Assembly (NCBI GenBank): GCA_965279515.1
Contig: CBDIID010000003.1
Coordinates: 768,001 to 832,000, forward strand
Length of the DNA: 64,000 bases
Reading direction: 5' to 3'
Origin: Turneriella sp.
GTDB lineage: Bacteria > Spirochaetota > Leptospiria > Turneriellales > Turneriellaceae
Part shown: piece after piece, positions 58,111 to 64,000 of the stretch
Layout of the letters: each line of letters starts with the position of its first letter
How positions within the stretch are numbered: the stretch's first letter is position 1
The notes under the pieces: generated by a model
The model's input: the letters and a program-made list of their open reading frames with translations, nothing else
Databases searched by the model: none
Told to the model about the DNA's origin: nothing
Translations under genes and position numbers: made by a program

Positions 58111-59045
58111 AGATCGATGCACAGACACAGGTGTTTGGCATCATTGGCAATCCCCTGAGCCATACTTTTTCGCCCGCAATGCACAATGCGGGTTTTGCCG
58201 CGCGAAAGACCAATGCCGTTTACCTCGCCTTTCCGATCAAAAACCTGATACAGCTGAAATATTCCATGAAGCAGTGGAATATACGCGGCCTCTCGGTTAC
58301 CATACCGTACAAGATAGCGATCCGCCGCCTGCTCGACCGCATTGACCCGCTGGCGCTGCAGATCGGTTCAGTGAATACCATTCTGTGGGGTAAAACCGGG
58401 CTGCTCGAGGGTTATAATACCGACGGCCCCGGCGCGATCATGGCACTCACCAAATCGAAAGTGACGCTTGCCGGCAAAAAAATTCTCGTCATCGGTTCGG
58501 GGGGCTCCGCGCGCAGCATTGCCTTTGCCCTCGCACGGGAAAAACCCTCTGAAATCGGCATTTTGGCCCGTAATCCGATGATGGCGATGCAACTCGCACG
58601 TAATCTGACGCTGAACAAAGATAACCCCAAAGTGACGCTTTACCTGACGGGCGTGCGGCAGACACTGCAGAATTCACTGGTGGAATTTATGCCGCAGAGC
58701 GGCCGCAAATGGACGAGTTTACGCTATAACGACCCCGATATGATCGCCGATTTTGACCTCATTATCAACACCACACCCATGGGAATGAAGGGTTCGCCCT
58801 CGGCGGCCCAAAGCCCTTTAAAAGCTGCCGAAATCAAAAAGCACCAGACGGTCTTTGACATAGTCTATAACCCGGCGCATACTCCTCTGCTTAAGATAGC
58901 AAAACAAAAACGCTGCCCCATTGTTTTGGGGCATAAAATGCTGCTCTACCAGGGCGTGCTGCAATTTGAGCTTTTCACCGGTCGTCCCGCGCCGGTTCTT
59001 GAAATGGAGAAAGCACTGATCGCAGAGATCAAAAAGGTTTCGTAA
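58107..59045 (+). CDS. aroE: shikimate dehydrogenase
   Basis: HTFSPAMHN, SVTIPYK, GSVNT, YNTD, GSGGSAR, INTTPMGM, DIVYNP, MLLYQG. Confidence 0.95.
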   Translation: MKIDAQTQVFGIIGNPLSHTFSPAMHNAGFAARKTNAVYLAFPIKNLIQLKYSMKQWNIRGLSVTIPYKIAIRRLLDRIDPLALQIGSVNTILWGKTGLLEGYNTDGPGAIMALTKSKVTLAGKKILVIGSGGSARSIAFALAREKPSEIGILARNPMMAMQLARNLTLNKDNPKVTLYLTGVRQTLQNSLVEFMPQSGRKWTSLRYNDPDMIADFDLIINTTPMGMKGSPSAAQSPLKAAEIKKHQTVFDIVYNPAHTPLLKIAKQKRCPIVLGHKMLLYQGVLQFELFTGRPAPVLEMEKALIAEIKKVS

Positions 59046-59659
59046 TGGCCGACCCAAGAAGATCCAGACCCCGCCGCGGGGGAGCTCCCCGGGGAGGAAG
59101 CCCCCGGGCGAAAATCCATCCGCCCAAAAAGCCGCGCATCGCGCTGATCGGTTTTCGTGGTGTGGGCAAATCGGCGATCGCGCGCCGCCTTGCCGAATAC
59201 TGGGAAATGCCGCTCCTGTCGCTCGATGAAAAAATTGAACGCGATGAAAACATGCGTATCGACGAAATCGTCAGGCAGCATGGCTGGCAGTATTTCCGCG
59301 ACCGCGAATGGTCGGCGCTCGCCGCGGCGGCAAATGCGGAACGCCTGCTGCTCGATTGCGGCGGTGGCATCGTTGAAGAAGCCGAAGGACTACGCAGCGA
59401 CCGCAAGATGCAGATACTCAAAGATAATTTTTTTTGTATCTATATCGCCATCAATGAAGATAAATTGATGCACCGGTTACAAAATCTTAACCGCAACGCT
59501 TCGCGCCCCGATCTTTCGCCCGGCGATTCACCGCAAAATCTTTTGCAGGTGTTTAAGCGCCGCGAACCGCTCTATCTTGAAATCGCGCATACTGTTGTTG
59601 ACATTTCAGACACCAATGTCAGCGAAAGTGCTTTTCGCATCACACAAATGTTTAAATGA
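59045..59659 (+). CDS. aroK: shikimate kinase
   Basis: IGFRGVGKS, GWQYFRDRE, CGGGIV, RPDL, REPLY. Confidence 0.92.
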   Translation: MADPRRSRPRRGGAPRGGSPRAKIHPPKKPRIALIGFRGVGKSAIARRLAEYWEMPLLSLDEKIERDENMRIDEIVRQHGWQYFRDREWSALAAAANAERLLLDCGGGIVEEAEGLRSDRKMQILKDNFFCIYIAINEDKLMHRLQNLNRNASRPDLSPGDSPQNLLQVFKRREPLYLEIAHTVVDISDTNVSESAFRITQMFK

Positions 59660-59666
59660 CCGTACT

Positions 59667-59730
59667 CATGGTCGACCAAAAAGACGGCATCCCTGTCGGT
59701 GAGCGACCCTTAGCCTCCATGCTCATGGTT
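59667..59730 (-). repeat. degenerate single copy of the 57-nt GGA-hairpin unit
   Basis: CATGG at 59667 and 59724 (57 apart). Minus-strand hairpins CGACAGGGATGCCG and AGCATGGAGGCT. Confidence 0.65.
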
Positions 59731-59765
59731 GACGCACTATGCGGCATCTGGAACGGGTCGAATGG

Positions 59766-61229
59766 ATGTCTCGGGTTCTCCTCGTCACAAAAAATCGCAC
59801 GTTAGGTGAATTCTGCCGAAAAAATCTGCCCGAAGGTTACCGGCTCAAGATCGTCACGCAGCTCAACCTGCGTACCGAATCTGCGCACAGCATCATCGTT
59901 TTTGATTCAGACTACCTGACAGGCGTTTCGGATTCCGTGATCCATGCCGCAGCGCAAAAGTTTGGCGCGAAAGAAGGTGCCGCCTCTCTCAATATCCTCA
60001 TGAACGAGGAAAACAAAGCGCGCACTTTTTCGCTGTTTCCCGAAAGCCTGCCGCAGATACAGGCGATCCTCCACTTCCGCAGCGAAGGCGGAAAAATCGC
60101 CGGCCTTGCCGCCTCAGAATGGCGCTGGTTTCTCGACACGCAGAGCCGTTTCCTGAAACAACTGAATGACCAGGCGCTGGCAGTGGGTGAAAATGAACTT
60201 CTCGCCGAACGGCTGGCACGCCTGAACCCTGCGGCACAAAATCAGCTGCAATTCCCTCCTTTCATGCAAGGCAAATCGCAGGCCATCATTCACTTCCGCG
60301 AACAGCTCTACGCCGCTGCATCGCGGCAACCCTACCTCTTTCTCACGGGCAAGGCCGATATACCGACACAGGAGTTTATCGAATACTACTGCTCGCTGCT
60401 GCGCCCTGAAGAACCAGTGCCCTTCCAGCATATTGATCTCGCCAAACTGCCCAAACACCTGCATGCACAGGCTATGCTGACCGCCAAGAAGAAGACAAAG
60501 AGCAATGGCCGGGCAGGCACGAACGTGTTATGCGTCGAAAACCTGCATCTGCTGGGATGGCAAAACCAGGCAACGCTTCTCACCTTACTCAAAAATCCCG
60601 CCGAGACGCGGTTACGTTTTGTTTTTTTAGCGCCGCATGAAATCGGACAACTGGTACGCCGCGGCTCTTTCCGCCAGGAACTCTATTCACTACTGCGCAA
60701 AGCCGCGGTAGAACTGCCGCCGCTCTATGACCGCACCGAAGATTTAAGCCAGATCGCCGCCGAATATATCCAGAAACGCGACTTCTCGTCCCTGAACAGC
60801 GATGTCAGCGCCGTCGCCGGAAAAATCCTCAGCCGTTTCGATCTTTCGAGCGGCTACCGCGGCCTTTTTATGACGATCGATCTGATGAATGACCTCGGCA
60901 AAAGCAAAGGGTTGCCGGTCTTCGAACTGATGAACACCGGGGAAGTATCCGAGGCTTTCGCCGCGGCACGCAGTTTCCTGCGAGAAGAAATCGAACCCGA
61001 CCCGGCAACGCTCTTCGAAAGTCTCGCCGCCGGGGCCAAAGAGACGCTGAGCCTGGACTTTGTTGAAAGCAATTATATCGCCGCGGTTTGCCAGCGCTAC
61101 GCATGGCAGGTGACCGATGCGGCGCGGCACCTCGGTATCTCGCGTAAGACTCTCTACGATAAAATGCGCCGCTATAAGATCGCCCGTCCGGAAAATCAGG
61201 CAAGGGGCAAGGCACGTAAGGCTTCGTGA
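59766..61229 (+). CDS. Fis-HTH regulator with degenerate sigma54-activator AAA+ domain
   Basis: GKSQAI..LFLTG, FRQELY, LPPLYDRTEDL, C-terminal AARHLGISRKTLYDKM. Walker A and GAFTGA absent. Confidence 0.75.
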   Translation: MSRVLLVTKNRTLGEFCRKNLPEGYRLKIVTQLNLRTESAHSIIVFDSDYLTGVSDSVIHAAAQKFGAKEGAASLNILMNEENKARTFSLFPESLPQIQAILHFRSEGGKIAGLAASEWRWFLDTQSRFLKQLNDQALAVGENELLAERLARLNPAAQNQLQFPPFMQGKSQAIIHFREQLYAAASRQPYLFLTGKADIPTQEFIEYYCSLLRPEEPVPFQHIDLAKLPKHLHAQAMLTAKKKTKSNGRAGTNVLCVENLHLLGWQNQATLLTLLKNPAETRLRFVFLAPHEIGQLVRRGSFRQELYSLLRKAAVELPPLYDRTEDLSQIAAEYIQKRDFSSLNSDVSAVAGKILSRFDLSSGYRGLFMTIDLMNDLGKSKGLPVFELMNTGEVSEAFAAARSFLREEIEPDPATLFESLAAGAKETLSLDFVESNYIAAVCQRYAWQVTDAARHLGISRKTLYDKMRRYKIARPENQARGKARKAS

Positions 61230-61849
61230 AAAATCCCGGGCTCAGAATCGGCTCCGGGAAGTTTAAACATTCCTCAATCGCCGGCGCCAAAGCGCACAAA
61301 CACCACCAGAACTCCACCACATCGCGCGTTAAAGAAGCGGCTTTCCAGATTATCCGCAACCGCGTCGACACCGACGCCGAATGGATTTTTTACGATCTTT
61401 TTGCAGGTAGCGGGCAAATGGGGATTGAGGCCTTAAGCCTCGGCGCGACGCATGCCACATTTGCGGAGCTCGTGCCCGAGCGCCTCAGTGAAATCCAGCG
61501 CAGCCTGACCGCACTCGACGTACCCAAAGAAAATTTTACCCTCGCACGCGCTCGCGCAAACAAAATCATGCAGGAAGCCTTCGAGCTGCCGGATCTCCCC
61601 TGTGTGATCTGGGCCGACCCGCCCTACAGTTATAATCATACGCCGTCTAACGATCCCGGGATACTGATTGCCCTGTACCGCGCCGCCGCGCGCGAGCGGT
61701 CGCAGAAAATGCCTCTACTGATGATCCAGGTACACGAAAAAAATCCGGTGCTGACGCAGGAATTTCTCGCGGCAAACCCCGATCTTGAAATTTACCGTTA
61801 CGGCTCGAACTGCCTTACGGTGCTTCAGGTGCCACCAGGCTCCACTTAG
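61226..61849 (+). CDS. rsmD: RsmD-family rRNA methyltransferase
   Basis: RIGSGKFK, RVKEAAF, DLFAGSGQMGIEALSLGA, DPPY, YG. Confidence 0.8.
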   Translation: MKNPGLRIGSGKFKHSSIAGAKAHKHHQNSTTSRVKEAAFQIIRNRVDTDAEWIFYDLFAGSGQMGIEALSLGATHATFAELVPERLSEIQRSLTALDVPKENFTLARARANKIMQEAFELPDLPCVIWADPPYSYNHTPSNDPGILIALYRAAARERSQKMPLLMIQVHEKNPVLTQEFLAANPDLEIYRYGSNCLTVLQVPPGST

Positions 61850-62876
61850 CGACGCTTCCGGCGCGGAAGGGAATCAGTTCGTCTTTGCCGAGCGCGAAGG
61901 CCGCAGGTATGGGCGTGGCAGTTTTTTTCAGTGCAATTTTGCCGCCGTTGACCGGCAGGGAATAAAACGCGGGGCCGAACAACGACATGAAGCCCTCGAA
62001 ACGATCGAGCGCGTTCGCCTCGTCGAAGACCTCGGCATAGAATTCTACGGCACCGAAAGCGGTATAGATTCCTGCGCAGCCGCAGGCATTCTCTTTCGTG
62101 TGCCGGGCATGGGGAGCGCTGTCGGTACCGGCAAAAAATTTCGCATTACCCGAAATCGCCGCCGCGACCAGCGCGAGACGGTGTTTTTCCCGCTTCAAGA
62201 CCGGCAGGCAATAGTGGTGGGGATTTATCCCCCCGGCAAATAGGGCATTCCGGTTGAGGAGTAAGTGGTGTGCCGTTATGGTGGCGGCGACGTGATGATC
62301 CGCCGCCAGGACAAAATCCACGGCCTCAGATGTTGTGATATGTTCGACGACCACCCTGAGCGCCGGGAAACTTTTTATGAGCGGCGCGAGCTCGGTTTCG
62401 AGAAATACCTTTTCCCGGTCAAAGACATCCACCTGCGGCGCGGTCGATTCACCGTGGACCAAGAGTGGCAGGCCGCACGCCTGCATCGCTTCAAACACGC
62501 CATAGAGCGCCTTAAGGCTGCTGACACCCGCTTCGCTGTTGGTGGTAGCTCCCTGCGGATAGAGTTTCACAGCATGGATCAACCCGCTCTCTTTCGCTTC
62601 GCGGATTATCGCGGGAGTCGTGGCCGAAGTCAGGTAAAGCGTCATCAGCGGCTCAAAGGTAGCTCCCCGCGGAATAGCCGCAAGAATACGCGCGCGGTAA
62701 GCCTCTGCGTCGGCGACGGTAACAACCGGCGGTTTAAGATTCGGCATGACGATCGCGCGTGCAAAGCGTTCCGCTGTATGCGGCAGCACGGCGCGCATAG
62801 CCTCACCGTCGCGCAGGTGCAGATGCCAGTCATCGGGCCTCGTGATTGTGATGATGGTTCCGTCCGACGCCGCCAT
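61815..62876 (-). CDS. pyrC: dihydroorotase (homodimeric, E. coli type)
   Basis: PDDWHLHLRDG, VMPNL, KLYPQGATTNS, VHGE, EHITT, YCLPVLK, GTDSAPH, CGCAG. Confidence 0.96.
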   Translation of the reverse strand: MAASDGTIITITRPDDWHLHLRDGEAMRAVLPHTAERFARAIVMPNLKPPVVTVADAEAYRARILAAIPRGATFEPLMTLYLTSATTPAIIREAKESGLIHAVKLYPQGATTNSEAGVSSLKALYGVFEAMQACGLPLLVHGESTAPQVDVFDREKVFLETELAPLIKSFPALRVVVEHITTSEAVDFVLAADHHVAATITAHHLLLNRNALFAGGINPHHYCLPVLKREKHRLALVAAAISGNAKFFAGTDSAPHARHTKENACGCAGIYTAFGAVEFYAEVFDEANALDRFEGFMSLFGPAFYSLPVNGGKIALKKTATPIPAAFALGKDELIPFRAGSVAKWSLVAPEAP

Positions 62877-62969
62877 GGGTATTGCAGGCTTTGTTTATGC
62901 CCGGCGGCGTAAATCCCTATGGGGCTTTGTTCTCCTTTACCCCCTGACTTTAGATACGGAAGGTTCCAT

Positions 62970-63752
62970 ATGCACTTCAAACTTTCCGACATCGGGTCGG
63001 CTAAAAAAGTCGCGCGGATCGTGGACATCCAGACCAATGAACAGAACTCACTGACGCGCGCCACGCTGCTCGAGCTCAAGGCGATTCTCGACGAAACGCA
63101 GGCCGACGAGAAATACTCCGCGCTGGTCTTTACCTCGACCAACCCGAAATTCTTTTCTAACGGCCTCGACGCTGCCAATGTCGGCAAAACGCCCGATGAT
63201 AAGCTCGCCGAAGAGGTCGGTGAAATTGTGCTGTTCTTCGGCCACCTGCTGAAATTCGACAAACCCGTGATTACGGAAGTTACCGGCTATGCAATGGGCG
63301 GCGGCGCGGTGATTACGGTCGCGAGCGACTATAAATACATGCTCGATGGTAAAGGCCGCATCTCGTTCAGCGAGGTGCTTGTCGGCCTGCCCCTGCCCGG
63401 CACCTTCATTGACAAAATCGTACGCACGATTTATCCACCGTATATTCACGGCATGTGCGCCGGTGAAAATTATAAGGCGGCTGAGGCGAAAGCAATAGGC
63501 CTCATCGACGAAATCGCCCCCGATCTCGAAAGTTTACGCAAGCTTACCGTGAAGAAACTGGACTACCTCAACCGGATTCCACTCTCTGCCCTGCAACGCA
63601 CGAAACAAGGCATCAATGCGCCGATTCTGGAGCGCGCCGATGTGGCACTCAAACACACCTATGAATCGTTCACGACGCCGATTGTGGTGAAAAACTTCCG
63701 TGAGGCGATGGCAGCACTTGCCGAAAAGCGCCGGCCGCAGTATTTTGACTGA
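62970..63752 (+). CDS. enoyl-CoA hydratase/isomerase family protein
   Basis: [31 protein letters not shown]. Confidence 0.88.
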   Translation: MHFKLSDIGSAKKVARIVDIQTNEQNSLTRATLLELKAILDETQADEKYSALVFTSTNPKFFSNGLDAANVGKTPDDKLAEEVGEIVLFFGHLLKFDKPVITEVTGYAMGGGAVITVASDYKYMLDGKGRISFSEVLVGLPLPGTFIDKIVRTIYPPYIHGMCAGENYKAAEAKAIGLIDEIAPDLESLRKLTVKKLDYLNRIPLSALQRTKQGINAPILERADVALKHTYESFTTPIVVKNFREAMAALAEKRRPQYFD

Positions 63753-63753
63753 A

Positions 63754-64000
63754 ATGCTGTCGACATGGAAGCCAGCGGAAATCGTCCGCCACTTAGACCA
63801 ATTCATCATCGGCCAGGGTGATGCCAAAAAGGCGGTCTCGATCGCGCTACGCAATCGCGAACGCCGCCTCGCACTCGGGGAACATCCCCTGCGCGAAGAA
63901 ATCCATCCTAAAAACATCATCATGATCGGCCCCACAGGTGTGGGCAAGACTGAAATCGCCCGCCGCCTGGCCAAAATGGCAAATGCGCCCTTTATCAAGG
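63754..64000 (+). CDS. hslU: ATP-dependent protease ATPase subunit HslU (5' part, truncated by the window)
   Basis: Manual translation [58 protein letters not shown]. Confidence 0.93.
   Translation, partial: MLSTWKPAEIVRHLDQFIIGQGDAKKAVSIALRNRERRLALGEHPLREEIHPKNIIMIGPTGVGKTEIARRLAKMANAPFIK

Noticed and set aside
61815..61849. Convergent 35-nt overlap of rsmD and pyrC as antisense regulation
   Set aside because: Short 3' overlaps are common in compact genomes, and there is no further evidence.

Overview
A moderately GC-rich bacterial chromosome segment, most likely from a Leptospiraceae spirochete (Turneriella-like). This is inferred from a LipL71/LruA-type LysM lipoprotein beside a STAS gene, the rpsF-ssb-rpsR-DUF2232-rplI order and many spirochete-type lipoproteins. 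Core genes include an MmgD/PrpC-type citrate synthase, clpB with a CIRCE box, rho, ctpA, lolA-rodZ-rimO-priA, panC, gcvH, mgsA, gatB, a UvrD/PcrA helicase, aroE-aroK, rsmD, pyrC and a partial hslU. Accessory modules include an envelope operon (degenerate GT4, Omp85, PseG/SpsG-like, CapA), a beta-helix plus diheme cytochrome pair, an M30-like peptidase divergent from a 1922-aa LamG/NHL surface protein, and a eukaryote-like KDSR-type SDR. There is also an ArsS radical-SAM cassette, a SulP-carbonic anhydrase fusion, a triheme cytochrome and a VKOR-DsbA fusion. The most striking non-coding signal is a 57-nt tandem repeat (46236-46424). Its minus strand carries seven GGA motifs, six in clear hairpin loops, matching the CsrA/RsmA binding consensus, and a degenerate copy lies at 59667-59730. 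Other signals are two related Y-shaped structured elements, periodic palindromic repeats, probable ATA and CTG start codons, and a G8-tract frameshift. No rRNA, tRNA, CRISPR array or transposase was found. All calls are by-eye motif recognition; no database searches were run.
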